Shown here in pieces: positions 38,608-53,717 of a stretch of DNA of 64,000 bases. The notes under the pieces are model-generated. The model was not told the origin of the DNA, ran no database searches, and worked only from the letters and a program-made list of their open reading frames with translations. The translations under genes were made by a program, and so were the position numbers. Source of the DNA: Eledone cirrhosa (lineage: Eukaryota); contig OZ024742.1 of NCBI GenBank assembly GCA_964016885.1, positions 305,970,001 to 306,034,000 on the forward strand. Direction: 5' to 3'. Positions within the stretch are counted from its first letter, which is position 1. Every line of letters starts with the position of its first letter.

Positions 38608-41600
38608 ATATGGGTAAAAGGACAGTGAGGGTACGCATTCCCAGCATCCCACCAGGAATGAACATATGGTGGCTGCTGGGATGTGTAATCGAGGAGGGGA
38701 CAGACACTGCCCTCCTAGACATCAAAAGGACAGAGAGAGAGGACTGGTCCGGAATGGATTTAGAGATTCTTCTCCAAATGAAACCGGAGGATATGAATAA
38801 CATCCCGGATTTTGCCCGCCTGCAGGATGGGACAGCAATCCAACTAATGATTGACGGAAGAAGGCCACGCTGCTTCGTCTGCGGGGAAGCAACGCATCTT
38901 CAAGCCTTCTGCCCTCAGCGCAAAAATGCAGGGGGTCGCAAACCTCCTTTGTTGCCAACGCCAGTGTCAGCACGGAAAGCTGCACCACCACCACCACCAC
39001 CAAAAACAACATCAACAAAAACACCAACATCAAAAGCAGCCGGATCACCACCAACACCAAAACGAAAAGGAGAAAACGAGGAAAGCACTCCCACTCCCCC
39101 TACCACCCCCAATTATACACATAGACAAAACAATAAACGCACAAACAGACACAGTGATACTCACAGACACAGACGCTTTGTCTTCCAGCAGCGAAGCTGA
39201 AGGAAAACCCAAAAGTGCAAAAAAAAACAGAGAAAACTCACAAAAAAAAAAAAAGCCCCAACAAAACACAAAAACTCACACAACAAAAAATACAGACACC
39301 ACTAACGCAAACACTTCCCCAATAACATCATCACCAACAGCAACATCGACACCACCACCACAATCCCCGAAACGCAAACAACCTAAACAAACACAAGTAC
39401 AAATAAACACACAAATACCTGAAATTGCAGACACCACACCTACAACAAACATAGACATACCCGAAACAAAACCACCAAATCCATCGCCACCACCTTCACC
39501 AAAACGAAAACAAATAAAACCACACCAACAAAATGTTAAAAACTTCGTGCTTGTCAGAAGGGCTAACGATAAACTGATGGCCCTCTTAGCGCGAAGCGAG
39601 GACATTCAAACAGAGGGGGAGATTTTTGAAATGAGCACATTTTGCGTGCCAGAAGATTTGCTTCTGGTCCGAATGTCACTCAATTCCTTCAAAGAAATTC
39701 GAGAGAGCTTTCCTCAAGACGTGAGAATCCCGAATGTTAAACCCACATCAAGACTTTTAAAGGGGTTCCCAAAAGAAACCCCACCAACCATGGAGGTCGA
39801 ACCACCCGACCTTCACAAGACCCGGAAGGTAAGTAAACCTTCCCTCTCTCTCTCTTAGCTTACCAATATGGCCATATTAAGAGTAGGAAGTTTAAATGTT
39901 CGCGGCCTGGGGTCACCCTGGAAGCAGGCTCGCCTGCTCAACGACCTCCGGTCGCTGGAAATGGATGTGATTGCCGTAAGCGAGACCAGAATTTCCGATA
40001 CGCGCGCACTAGCCCCCATTTTCGACGACTATCAGATCTTCGCATCTGTTAGCAGGCCGGGAATGGGGGGGGGGCAGTGCTGTTTAGGAAAGGACTGGAT
40101 CTCGAGGTAAGGTCGATCTTCCGGGACCCGGACGGTAAGTTGGTGGTCTTGGATGTGAGCAGTAGCGAAGGTGGTGCCTTTAGACTGCTGGCCGTCTATG
40201 CCCCTACAGGGGCCGGACGACCTGACTTCTTTAGGCTCCTGGAGACCTTTCTGGGTACGTCTCGCCCTTTACTGTTAGCGGGGGACTGGAATGGCATCTT
40301 AGACGCACGCTGGGATTGTGTGGGAGTAACCGATAGGAGCGGGGCGTGCAAAAGCCTCAAACACCTACTCAGCCAGTTCCAACTGTCTGACAGGTATCGA
40401 CTAGATTTCCCCAATGTGCCAGTATGGACATGGACCAACCGAATGGGGTCATCTAGATCGTATATAGACAGGATCTTCATTAGGAAAATAGATAGAAATA
40501 GTGTGGGCTGTCCACTTTTTAAAACGGTCGCCTATTCAGATCACAAATTTGTGATCTGTACGGTCGACCTAAATAAAACGCGTAGGTTAGGACCGGGTTA
40601 CTGAAAGCTGAACATGTCATTTCCGGCACGTAAGGCTTACAGGGACCGAGTCAACAATTTAGTTAAGCAAAAGTTGACAGGGGGGGATCATCAACAACAG
40701 ATGGTGGGTGGCTCTCAAAAGAGAGATTAGAGTAACTTCGATAGAGTCCAGCAAAGAACTAGCGTTAGTGAAAAATAGAAAGGAGTGGGAGCTGGTAGAT
40801 AAGTTAGACGAGGCTATTTGTAGTGGCATCGCAACTGACGTGCTAGCGGAGAGAATGGCATTACACGATTTCTTCAATGCCAAACACGAAGGTTGCATTG
40901 TCAGAGCTAAGGCGCATGCGCTGAGAAACGAGGGAACTAAAGCTGTTCGATGGGCCCGCGTGGCGGAGGCGCAGCGTGGTAATAAAACCACAATTCGGTC
41001 TTTGGCGGACCGAGACGGACACTGCATGAGGCGCAAGTCACCCGATTTGGATGGCCTGCCCCACGAGCTTTACGTAAATATGCCAGACTTGTTCTCCGAA
41101 CTCCTCCAAGCACTCTACTGCAACTAGCAGCAGAATGGGAGTATTCCCAGTTCTGTGAGCAGGGGAGTGATGACGCTGATAAGGAAAGACGAGAACAAGA
41201 GGGATACATTAGACAACTTCAGGCCCATAACTCTGCTCAACACGGAGTTTAAGATTTTGCCCAAGGTGTTAGCAAAGAGATTGGCGCTTGTCGTCGAGGA
41301 TTTGGTTGGGAAGGTGCAAACTTGCGCAATTCCAGCCAGGTCCATACACGACAATCTCCACCTCATGCGATACATCATAGAGAGGGTAGGGTGTAAACCT
41401 GGCTTCGGTGGGGCACTGATCAATTGAGATCAATCGAAAGCATTCGATAGGGTCGACCATCGGTATCTGGAGTTTGTCCTCAAAGCAGCTGGCTTAGGCC
41501 CTGTCTTTAGAAGCTGAAATCGTTGCAATGCACAGCGGCACACGCTCGGTGGTCAAGGTTAATGGCCACCTCTCGGAACCATTTCGGATCTCCCGATAGG

Positions 41601-43388
41601 TCCGTCAAGGGTGCCCTCTCTCTTCCCTTCTGTACGTATTGACTCTCGAGCCTTTACTGCGGAAGCTGGAGCTGTTGCAGGGCATCCCGCTCGAACCAGG
41701 ACGTGGAAAGGCGGTGTCGGTTTATGCGGACGACATCACGGTGATGGTGTCGAACACCTCAGAAATCGAGGTGGTCGGCACCTTATTGAAGGAATATGAA
41801 AGGTTGACAGGAGCCAAACTTAACCCGGAAAAGTCGGTGGGCTTGCAGCTCGGAACCTGGAGAGGCAAGCCCATGCCGTCCAACAGCGTCGTGGGGCGCT
41901 GGACGGACGGACCGGTAAAGTTGCTCGAGGTTTGGTTCGGACCAGACCTCCAGGTGGAAAAGAATTGAGACGAGGTAACGAGCAGAGTAGCCAGTCTCAC
42001 CCAAAAATGGGCTGGGAGGAAGCTATCACTGAAAGGTCGCGCGGAGGTGGCAAATGCCTACATCGCGTCCGTCATCTACTACCGCCTAACCGTCGTGCCT
42101 TGCCCCCGTCCGCGCCTCGTCAAGTTGGAATGGCTCCTCTTCAAATTCTTGTGGAGGGGACAAGTTCCTTTGGTGAGGCGGTCCATCTGCTGCCAGCACC
42201 CTCTACGCAGAGGGCTGGGCATGCCGTGGCTAATGATGCGCAGACATGCGTTGAGGCTGCGACATCTCCAGATATTCTGCCTCAATGGTGAACAGGTGTG
42301 GTCGCCGTTTATCAGACGGGCCTTTCCGCAGCTCATTTCTTTAATTGAGCTTCAGTTCTGAGTCAAGAAGAGACCGAGACTAGGTGACTGGCACCTGGAA
42401 TGTTGCCAGGCACTGACTGCCCTCTACCAAGCGGGCAATGCGATCAGTGGAACTTCCACTCTCGAGTTCTATAGAGGATTAGTGGTGGGCAAGTGCGATG
42501 TCTCACTCGGAGAAGCTTTGGGCCTCGACGAAGTCGAACTGACCAGTCTGTACCGGAGGACTTTTGAGCCGGGGATGATGGACAATTTCCAGAAATCCCT
42601 CGCTTGGCAGTGCTACCGGGGGGCACTGCCGGTTCGGAAGTGCTGTCAGACGGACCTGCCCAAGATGCGCACAGAACGACGAAACCGTTTTGCACGCACT
42701 TGTCCAATGTCCGTGCATTACTGACTTGTGGAGTTATGTCGAACAGCTACTGTCGCGTGTGGAACGAATCCGGCTTTCAGCCGAATCCATAGTCAAGATC
42801 GATCCGCCACCTTCCTTAGGTCCGGAAGAGCAGGAAATTTTCCTCTGTCTGGTGGCAGTTGCGAAAGAGATTATATGGTGGACCAGATTGAAAGGACTAA
42901 AGACAGACACTTTTCTCTTCGGCCAATCCCTCATCAACTTCTTCAAGTTTCACCTGGAAAGGAGGGTGAGGGTGGAGAGAGAAGTGCTGCCCCCCCCCCC
43001 CCCAGTACATTTGCTAAAAGGTGGGTGAATGTGGCGAGAATGGCTCCTGTGAATGGGCCTACTCTGAGCATGCGCCTATAGCTGGCTAACTTGAGGAGAG
43101 GGGTGCTCTCGCTGGGTGCCCTAGAAGCGCAGGGTGGTTCAGGATTGGTGGGGTACCCGAATCACCCCAGGGTCGTCCACCCCTGTCGGGGAATGTATTT
43201 GGTTATATTTATGCATAGTTTATTTTATATTTTTATATTTTCATTGTTAAATTAGTCTTGCCATTGTGCACTTTTACTCGACCTTATTGTAAACCCCCAC
43301 TGTCCCTGTCTTTGTATTGTCCCCTACATGTCGGCCCTTGTGGCTAATAAATGAAATCATTATTATTATTATTATCATTATTATTATT
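38608..43388 (+). mobile_element. Tx1/L1-clade element, copy 6 (divergent subfamily C; 5'-truncated in ORF1)
   Basis: Starts after (TTA)n. RPRCFVCGEATHLQAFC knuckle, ORF1 stop 39858, ORF2 39868-43081 (YADD) with stops and frameshifts. Ends CCCTTGTGGCTAATAAA + (TTA)n. Confidence 0.9.
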
Positions 43389-46300
43389 GGGATGATCGGA
43401 CGTCTTTTTGCTCGCTCACAGTAAGTCTCTTTATGTACTTGTCACAAATTATTTATTGTTAAATAAGGGCGGGGGATTGGCAGTATCGGTAAAGAGTCGG
43501 ACGCCATTCTTTCCAGCATAGTTACGTCCCTTTGCGGTCTGAGTTCAAATCCCGCTTAGGTTAACTTTGTCTTTCATCCTTACGGGGTCGATAAAATAAA
43601 GTACCAGTAATGTACTGGGTATTTGATGGCATTGTGCCAAAAGTAGAAACAATTATTTATTGTTAAATTTTTGTTATTGTGTAAGGGACATAAGCCCTTG
43701 ATCTTTGCCCTGTGAAGGGGAAAATATAATATAGGGGACTTTTGGCGCAAATATTTGGGACTTTTGGCCCAAATATTTGAACAATATTTGAATATTTTAC
43801 TTTAAAAAATTATCAAAGATAAACCTGGCTGAGACACGCCTCCCAACGATATGTCTGCTGTCGTGTGACAACGGCGTAAACGTTGAGGGTTACGGAGAAC
43901 ACAGAAATTGACACAACAAACGCCACCACAAACAACGTGAACAAAGACAGCAATGACAACAACTCTGGGAACACTAATTTTTTTAAAAATCTCCACACCA
44001 ACTACAACAGTAACAGCGACAACAGAAAAAAATGACAACAAATGCAACAACAATATTAACACCACTAACAAGAAAATAAACAACGTCAACACCAACAGCA
44101 TCAATGCAAATTGCACCGAGAACAACAACAACGGTGGCACCAAAAACACAACCAACTACAACAGTGATAATAGCAACAACAAGGTTTGTAGCAGTAGCAA
44201 CAACAACAGCACCAACAACAACAACAGTAGCAGCAGTAGCGGAAGCAATAATGGTGCCGCTGAAAATGGGGCCACTTCTTTCGCAGGTGTGACCCGAAAT
44301 AGAGAAACAGTGCTAATCACGGAGGAGCAGATGGCAGTCGCAAGGACCATGGTGACAAGAAATGACAATAGAGTTTCCCTGAAACCTCCACCCGATTTTT
44401 TGAAGGACCATACTACAAATACAGAGAATGGGAAGAGAGAATTGGTCAGGAATAGGCATGCAAATGCTAATACACCTGACCAGGAGTGCATCGAGGCCAT
44501 CCAGATATCATAGACCTCGAGGAAGGACTCCATCACAAACAGCCGTCGTGATCATTCATACCCCTCGCAGACGCCACGGAATCCGACATGGAGTATGAGG
44601 CGGGAGTGAAGTGGAAAAAGGTCTGCTACAAAAGACAAAAACAAAAGAACCCATTAGATTCGTCCTCCGAAAGCGAGGACAAACATTGTAGGGTAAAGGC
44701 TGAAAGGCGACTTGCAGCAACGCTCCTACCATCAGTACCACAAGCATCACCACCAACACAACCACACCACAACCAGCATCACGACAAACAGCAACATCGC
44801 AGACACAACAAAGCTCACACACCCAACATCAACAACAAGTTAACAGCAACAACAAGTTAACAGCAACAATCCCCCCCCCCCCCAAAAAAAAAAATAATAA
44901 TAATAAATAAATAAATAAATAAAATAAAATAAAATAAAATACACAGCCATAAACACTGCACACAAAGGATTAATGGAACATATAAAAAAGCACACCGTAA
45001 TTTCAGATTTAGATTTCCACTCCCCTCCAACACCAAGATCATTACCCAAATACATTACAATTGTCAAAATTAAACTGGAAGACTATAAACAATTAAAGCA
45101 AAAATTCCCCAAGTTCAAAGGGTCGCCCTCCAAGAGATTCTATACAGATATCATCTCGGAAAAACCCATGACCAGTCAAAGGGACTGTTCTACTGTCCCT
45201 TCACCACACGATCAAGGTAAGTGATCCTTTCTCACTTAGACCGTTTCTCATCCAACATGGCCGTACTTAGAATAGGTAGTATAAATGTACGTGGCCTGGA
45301 AGCAAGGTCACCTGCTCAACGACCTCAGCTCACTAAATATAGATGTGGTGGCCATCAGCGAGACCAGAATCTCCGAAGCACGACCCTTAGCATCTCCCAG
45401 TCATCTAGGATCGGGGGCAGGAGTTGCTGTGCTTTTTCAGAGAGGCTTGGATCTCACCATACGAGCCATCTTCCTTGACCCAGAAGGTAAGTCGGTGGTG
45501 CAGGACTTGACCGGCAGCGAAGGGAATGCTTTCAGGCTAGTAGCCGCCTACGCCCCAACAGGGCCAGATTTCTTCAGTCATGTAGAGACATTTCTTGAAA
45601 CGCCACGCTCTTTAGTGTTAGTGGGCGACTGGAACGGTATCTTAGATGCATGCTGGGATTATGTGTGGCTAACAGACAGGGGAGGAGTGTGTAAAAGCCT
45701 CAACAACCTGCTCAGACGTTTTGAACTGTCTGACAGGTACAGACTGGATTATCCGAATGTGCCAATGTTGGCTTGGGCAAACCGGATCGGATCATGCAGA
45801 TCGTATTTAGCTAGGGTATTCTGTAGGGAAACAGATAAGGCTAGTGTAGGTTGTCCAAAATCTAAAGTAGTCGACTACACGGACCACAAATTTGTGATAA
45901 GTGAAGTTGACTTAGATAGACTCCACAGGCAAGGGCCCGGTTACTGGAAGATGAAGGCTTCGTTCCCAGCACGCAAAGCTTACAGAGACCAGATTAGTGA
46001 ATTAGTTAAGCGTGTGTTGACAGGTGCGATCGCAACAACAGGTGGTGGTTTACCCTAAAAAGGGGTATTAGAGTGGAATCGATAAGTTTTAGCAAAGGAG
46101 TACTGATAAAGGAAAACATAGTGTAGAGGGGAAGTTAGTTAGAAAACTAGAAGCGGCGTTTAGGACAGGCATCGCAACAGACGTGCTTGCGGCGAGATTG
46201 GCACTCGACCAATTCTTCAACGCAAAGCATAAAGGCTGCGTTGTCAGAGCTAGAGCACGTGCTCTAAGACACGAGGGGACGAAAGCCGAGGGCGCGACGC

Positions 46301-48135
46301 GCAAGAAGTCCACAATTCGGTATTTGCCTGATCAAAACGGGCGCATGTTGCGAGAACCCGAGCAGATGTGTGCGGCTTTTCAACAACACTTTGCTCAATT
46401 GTTCGGGAGCGGCGGCGAGTCGTATCGGAGTATGGACTTTGGTGCATTCCTCGACGGACTGCGACAACTCTCCATGACCGCAGCGCAGTGCTGCGAAAAG
46501 CCGATAACAGCAGGTGAAATACGGAAAGCGATATCTGACTGCACGAAAGGTAAAGCACCAGGTTTGGATGGTCTGCTCTTCGAGCTTTATGCGTATATAC
46601 CGGACTTGTTCGGCGACCTCTTGGCAGATGTCTACTGCCTCTGGCAGCAGAACGGGAGCATTCCCAGCTTTATGAGCCGGGGAGCGGAGGCGCTTGAGAA
46701 AAGATCCGAACAAGGGGGACGTTATAGACAACTTCAGGCCCATAACTCTGATAAACGCAGAGTTTAAGATTGTGGCCAATGTGTTAAGAAAGAGATTGGC
46801 ACTTGTCGTCGGTAATCTGCTGGGAAAGGCGCATACATGCGCCATTCCGGACAGATCCATCCACGACATACTCCATCTCATAGAAAGGGTGGTTAAGGAA
46901 CTGTGATATGGGAGATTCATGTCAGCTTACGCCGAAGACGTCACCGTGGTGGTGTCGAACAATAAACACATCCAAATTCTCGGCACCGCTCTCAAGGAAT
47001 ACGAATCGGTGACAGGAGAAAAGATAAACCAGGAAAAGTCGGTGGGCTTGCAACTCGGCACCTGGAGAGGCAAGTCCATGCCGTCCGACAGCGTCGTGGG
47101 GCGCTGGACGGAAGGACCGGTTAATTGCTCGGGGTCTGGTTCGGTCCGGACCTCCAGACGGAGAAAAAATGGAGCGTGGTGACGAGCAGGGTGGCCTCTC
47201 TCACCCAGAAATGGTTGGAGAGGAGGCTGTCTCTGAAAGGTCGGGCGGAGGTGGCGTACATCGCGTCCGTCATCTGCTACCGCCTGACCGTCGTACCTTG
47301 CTGCCGCCCAACTCTGATCAAAATGGAGCGCCTGCTCTTCCGCGTTTTGTGTAAGGGACGTGCTACCATGTTCAGATGATCCATTTGATGTCAACACTCG
47401 TTGCGTGGAGGACTAGGCATGCCGTGGCTGATGATGCGCAAACATGCGCTGAGGTTGCGAAACTTCTGGTGCTTCCTTGACGTTGAACAGGTGTTTCTCA
47501 GACTCGCTTTTGCCCAGCTCGTTTCCTTGACGGAGCTGCACTCCTGGATCAGGAAAAGACCGAGGGATAGCACTTGGAAGCTGGAATGCCTTCAAGCGCT
47601 CACTCTACCAACTGGGCACTAGTATCGGTGAAACATCCACCTCGGCGTTCTATAGAGGGCTAGTGGAGGGAAACAGCGACAACGATCTCAGGTAGATCCT
47701 GGACGTCGAAGACGAATAGCTGTTCGCTCTCTTCAAGAGAACTTTCAGCTCGGGGCCTATGACAACTTCCAGAAATCCCTGGTCTGGCAGTGCTACCAGG
47801 GAGCGTTGCCGGTGCGGGATAAGCTCTACGGGCACCGAAGTGCTGTCAGCCGAGCCTGTCCGAGATGCAAGCAGGGCGACGAAACCGTTCTGCACGTACT
47901 CGTTCAGTGCCCGAGGATTGCTGACTTGTGGAGCTATGTCGAATAGCTGCTGTCGTGTGTAGGACGGATCCGATTATCGAGCGAGTCCATTGTGCAGATA
48001 GCCCCGCCACCCTCGTTCAAAGAGGAGGAAGGGCAGGCAGGTTTCATCTTCCTGGTGGCCATGGCGAAAGAGATTGTGTGGTGGACAAGGTTGAAAGGGT
48101 TGAAGACAGACACACCTCTCCGGCCCATCCCTGAT
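43389..48135 (+). mobile_element. Tx1/L1-clade element, copy 7 (subfamily B'), degraded, 3' end missing
   Basis: 5'UTR and ORF1 homologous to copy 4. ORF2 from 45257. Deletions near 44408, 44530 and 46900. Confidence 0.88.
43465..43650 (+). mobile_element. Full-length tRNA-type SINE nested in the copy 7 5'UTR
   Basis: 18-bp TSD aattatttattgttaaat (43447-43464 / 43651-43668). Absent from the sister 5'UTR near 21590. Confidence 0.9.
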
Positions 48136-48139
48136 TATC

Positions 48140-48960
48140 TTACTATTATCCTCAGGCTTAGATGGAAATCTTTGTTTTAGCATGAGTAGTTCGTTCTAAT
48201 TTTTCATTTGTTCTTTCATTTTATAATTATGTCTGATATAATTCCTTCGTTATCCTAGTTTGCATATTCCACTGTACATTTCCTCTTCTTTTATACCTAA
48301 CTCTGTTAGCAATAACATTTTCCACAAGCCTTTCTTTACATCTGTCAACATATCTCATAATCGGGGCTGATACAGTAGAGCTTTCTCTGGTATAATCATG
48401 ATACGTTCTGACTAAGACCTGGTTTTCATCATTATAACGTTGCGTTTCTGCTCTTCTAATGAAATTTGTTTCATCAGTCAATACGCTTTCTAATTTTGGC
48501 AACAAATTTATTCTATTGCTTTCAGTGCCATCATTTATATTGTCCCTACTTTCCAAATATTCCTCAAATGTATTATTCCTTAACTCAGAGCCATTAGTGT
48601 CAACATTTCTTTGAATCTCTTCAATTTCAACCTCTGTTAACAACACATTTATTCGTATTGACATCTGCATGTCGATATTCGGTTGCTTCAAACACTCATA
48701 TTTCATCCCGAATTGACTTCATTCGTTGTCTAAATACACTCTTTTGGGGTTCACTTTTAATCCCCTATCCTGTCTCAATTCGCTTGACCTCCATGGCCTA
48801 TTGTCTTCTCCTTCTGCTTTTGCTTTGAAGAATCATTGCGTGCCCCCGAGCCCTAGCTATTCAACAACTGAAAACCTGCCGGGCGAGAAGCCTTCACCAC
48901 TTGATCCAATCTGAAACACACCATCGTTCAAAACATGTTTCTGTCATTTCCACTCAATGA
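48140..48960 (-). mobile_element. Degraded N-terminal remnant of an R4-like element
   Basis: LLTEVEIEEIQR resembles LTDIEIDQIKQ near 20560 in family B. Confidence 0.45.
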
Positions 48961-49433
48961 TGAAGTTTGTGTTTCAGGTTAGACACCAGCCAGTGTCTAT
49001 AGTGAGACACCATGTCCAGGAGAAATATTTCTGATTAGGGGTCTATTAGCTTAATATACTCAGTATTAATTATGTTGATCGCAAAGGCCCAAAGAGAAAT
49101 AGAATCCTCCTTAAGTTTTTAACTGTTATTGAACACTTTAATAATTTCGATCAACAAGTTAGTATATTACTTTTTCAATTTCTTTCAATGCTCTGCTGTA
49201 GTATCCTGGGATGGGAGCAAGAAGAATCTGGCTTTGACGTTAATTTATGTGCATATAACTATACCAGTTCTATTGTTTTGAAGTTTAAGTCTGTTTGGAT
49301 AGGAAGTCCCAGAGTATATTGTTTGTCTCTGTCACCAAGCATACATTCTCTGTCAAGCTGTTATCAAACATTTTGTTGGCCAATAAAGTTACATACAGAT
49401 CTCTTCATGTATTGTTATACTCTTTTTGAGTAA

Positions 49434-49570
<137 letters not shown>

Positions 49571-49943
49571 GCATCAGAGAAATGTTTTACTGTATTTTTT
49601 TTGCTGCTTTATACATGTTCAGTCAAGTTCGGTTTAGGTTAACTGCTAAAAGTATTAGTTTGTAGTTAGCCAAGAAGATATTTGTGGAAGATTTTCCAGA
49701 GAACAGGAAACTGGTGCAAATTCGGAAGGGGGCTTAGGAACAAAAAAGTCAAGATTCTATTGATTTTCTGACAAGCGTTTTGGAAGAATTATATTTGTTG
49801 TTGGAGGTAAGTAGCTTGTTCAATCCACAATTCGGAAAATCTTTCAGGTCAAAATTGACAATGTAAGAGTACCTACCTACCTACCTACCTACTACCTACC
49901 TCTCTATCTCTGTCTCTATGTCTGTCTATCTGTCTGTCTTCTG

Positions 49944-49974
<31 letters not shown>

Positions 49975-50269
49975 GTCCATTCGTCTATTTATTTGTCTAC
50001 CTTTCCAACTATTTCTCTTTGCACATACACATGGGCACACACAAGCTCACTCCCACAAACCCACATACACACCCCCACACAAACGCACACACACACGCAC
50101 ACACACAGACACACAAAGACACACATATATATATGTAATATATATATGATGGACTCTCCCGTCGTATATCGATATATGAGGGATCCACAGTTTTCTCAGT
50201 CCATTCTTTCTGGTTATGCCTTAAATGGCACTTTAGTCCAGCTGGGTTTATTGCAGATGATAGGATTTT

Positions 50270-51200
50270 AACGCATCAGGATGAAAGGTTTGATCGGATA
50301 TTGGTGTTAGATATTACATCACAAAGATGAACCAGACCAACATTTTCAAAGTTCTTAACACCTTCATGGCAGACAGTTCTCCACTTTCCTTGCTCTACAG
50401 CTAGGGTTGCAAAAGAAGTAAGAGGTATGTTCACAAATTTTAGATTGTACTTCAGTTTGTTTTTATATCTGAGCAAATGTCTGCTTAATTAACGTGTACA
50501 ATTGTGAAGTTGAAGGTATAATAGTACAATGTGTGTGCGGCCCTCAGTCATCCGTTGCACATTAAAGTTGGGATACATTAGAAATTACCCAATCTTGCCA
50601 TCTTGCACTTGTGAACAGATCGGCGTTGAAGATTCTGTCAGAATGTGCATGACCATAGATAGAGCGAAGAAAAATTTTGTGGAAGACATCAAGTTTATAA
50701 ATGTGGCTCCAGAGAATGTGTCTGTGGTGTAAAAAAATATTGTGAGCACTACTGCACGATAAATTACTACTTCTGTTTTCGGGGATAGATATCCGACACC
50801 CCATATTCGATGATCTAATTTTCCAAAGGCGGCATTTGCTTTGGAGACAGGATTGACGATCATACCAAGTTAAGTAAAGAAGTTGGCATAATTCAGATCC
50901 TTAACATCAGCAGTGATAGGGCCATGGAAATGCCAGTATTCTGGCTGTCCTCTGCCCGACACCGTCTACATGTGTTTGTGTGTGTATGAGGGGTCTTGGT
51001 TGATGTACCACCTTCGTCTTCTTAATACTGATTGTTAAACTGAATGCAAACAAAAAGTGGTCCGCCAATACTTGTACCTGTTTGGAGAATGTTACAATAG
51101 GTGCATAATCATCAGCAAACAGTAAATCAGGATTAACACTTGTTTGTGTAAGTACTTTAGCCTTAAATCGCTGATGATGGAATTCAAACCTGACACCAGT
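50270..51200 (-). mobile_element. Degraded RTE-clade LINE fragment
   Basis: LLFADD near 51110-51126, KANAAFGKLDHRIW, LAVEQGKWRTVCHEGVKNFE. Confidence 0.72.
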
Positions 51201-51264
51201 GTCTGAAAGTCAAATGCACAAAGAACAAAACAAAGAGAACAGGAGCCTTAAAAGAACGCTGCGC

Positions 51265-51405
<141 letters not shown>

Positions 51406-51852
51406 GCGTGTGTATGGTTTGCTTTGCTAATTATGTTTACTTTTTTTGCATATATATATATATTCCCGAGTTGAGTCATGGGGCAATCACAGATAAAAAG
51501 AGTACTCTATAATTTAGGCATATTATATATATGAGAGACAGAGGGGGAAAGCAAGAGAGTAAGCAAGAAAGATGGCAAAAAGCAAAAAAGAACGAAAGGA
51601 AAAAAGAAAGAAAGAAAACATTACGAAAGATAAGAAAGAAAGAGAGAGATTGGTGTTTGTTTAGAAATGCTTTCTGTAATTCCTCGCTGCATGGAAAATG
51701 TTGTTTATCCCAAGATTATAAATACGTATACTATTCAATTTCGTAATATTAAACCAACTCTACAATACATTTAGTTTGTGCTGTTTATATGTAGTTAATT
51801 GATCTATATAATTGAATACATACATACATACACACACACAGACACATACACC

Positions 51853-51892
<40 letters not shown>

Positions 51893-52005
51893 TTAAAATA
51901 ACAGATTAAAGTTTAAGCAAAGAATCGCCGCTTTCACCCTTAACGGGATCTTCTGAATATACAATGATATTAAATAAATGGAAACTATATATATAAAACC
52001 ATATT

Positions 52006-52066
52006 TATTCTATTATATATATTTCAAGGGTACCAAAACTTTGGTACGCTCTCATCAGATAAAATA
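52006..52066 (-). ncRNA. Minimal type I hammerhead ribozyme motif
   Basis: Minus strand: tattttat-CTGATGA-gagcgtaccaaa..tttggtaccctt-GAAA-tatata-TA-atagaata. Confidence 0.75.
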
Positions 52067-52103
52067 CAAAGCTTGTTTTATAAATATTGACATACCCAGG
52101 CTG

Positions 52104-52105
<2 letters not shown>

Positions 52106-52188
<83 letters not shown>
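52106..52188. repeat. (TA)n microsatellite
   Basis: Directly visible. Confidence 0.97.
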
Positions 52189-52191
<3 letters not shown>

Positions 52192-52305
52192 AATATACAT
52201 CATGTCTCAATATTATGGTATAAATATTGAGTTTTGTCATATGTTAATCACTACCGTGACTGAATCTTAACCATCTACTATGTCAGGGTATGTCATGCAT
52301 CATCC

Positions 52306-52372
52306 TATTTTATCTGATGAGGACGTACTGTTAAACTTAACTCAGTACCTCTGAAATATGTATAATAAAATA
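52306..52372 (+). ncRNA. Minimal type I hammerhead ribozyme motif
   Basis: tattttat-CTGATGA-ggacgtactg..cagtacctct-GAAA-tatgta-TA-ataaaata. Stem I is 8 bp. Confidence 0.78.
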
Positions 52373-53588
52373 TAATTGATCACAAGAATATCTATTTTGT
52401 TAATATTTTGAATTAATATATATATATATTTATATATATGCACACACACACACATAGACACATTTATATATATATATATATACAATATAACACTTAAAAT
52501 ACCATATTGATCTTTTATACCTGATGCTTGTTTCGAATTACGCAGTGGAATTTCCACGGGGTCGTCAGAGCTTATATTTATTTCCAGTTATTTAACAGTA
52601 TAATCTGATAAGTAAATTTGTTTAAAAAATTATAAGCTGAGTAACAAAGGAACTGAATTAAAGAAAGAAAAGAAACGGATTATCAGATAAAACCAAGGAG
52701 ACAATTTCTATTGGTGTTTTCATTACTCATTGTGTCGTTCGCAACTTTAAATCTAATACTTGCCACTGGAATGAATTCTTATGATATAAGTGCTCTTCAA
52801 ATTCATAAATTCTATGCTATTATATAGAAATTCCTCTAAACTAATACTACAAATGAAGAACTTCACCTAAATTGCACATTAAATTCTTTTTGTGTGAATT
52901 TATGTTCATCTGTTAACAGCTGTTAACTTTTATAATAATTTTCCAACAACTAAATTCAGTAATCCATCCATGGCTAACCCGATGGCTATTAGTTTTTATA
53001 CCTCATTATATCTAGTTGATATCCTCCAGTATCTCATGAAATGTTCTGTTAGCTTTTCTATTTCACCAAATGTTTCAATTTTTTTTGTTCTTTCCTATGC
53101 CAAGTGTGTCTTCTCCCAATCTCATTAATTCTTTTTTCTTATCATGATCACTAACTCAAAATTTGACTTCCGACTTGCGTCTAATTTCCTCTAAAATTCT
53201 AAATATCCTTGACGTAAATGAAGTGTCTCTATATGGTTGATGGAAATAACGGGCAGGTCTCCTTCACGTCGCACCCAGTTGTATTACATAAATAGAATAA
53301 TGCAACGTATATCTATATACTACTAAAACTCTCTGATTGTGTTTGTCTGTCATTTAAAGTTAACCCTTATATATATGGGAATACAAATGGAATAAAACAA
53401 GTTTCGCGTTAATTGGAGCAACGGATCCCGAGATACGGGTTTCTTCATGAATAGAGAAAGAAAGATAGAGAGAAAGAGATAGTGGTTGTGAAAGAGTAGA
53501 TTGAAAGAGAGACGTAGAGAGAGAGATTGAATGAGACAAAGAAGGAGAAAGTAGAAGAGACAGAGAGCTGGTGGTGTTGTTGAATGAA

Positions 53589-53717
<129 letters not shown>

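Noticed and set aside
38532-39200. ORF appearing to have a signal peptide fused to an ORF1 domain (similarly 11613-12026 and 16703-17074)
   Set aside because: Chance read-through across R4 sequence and the (TTA)n junction, giving poly-Leu or poly-Asn.
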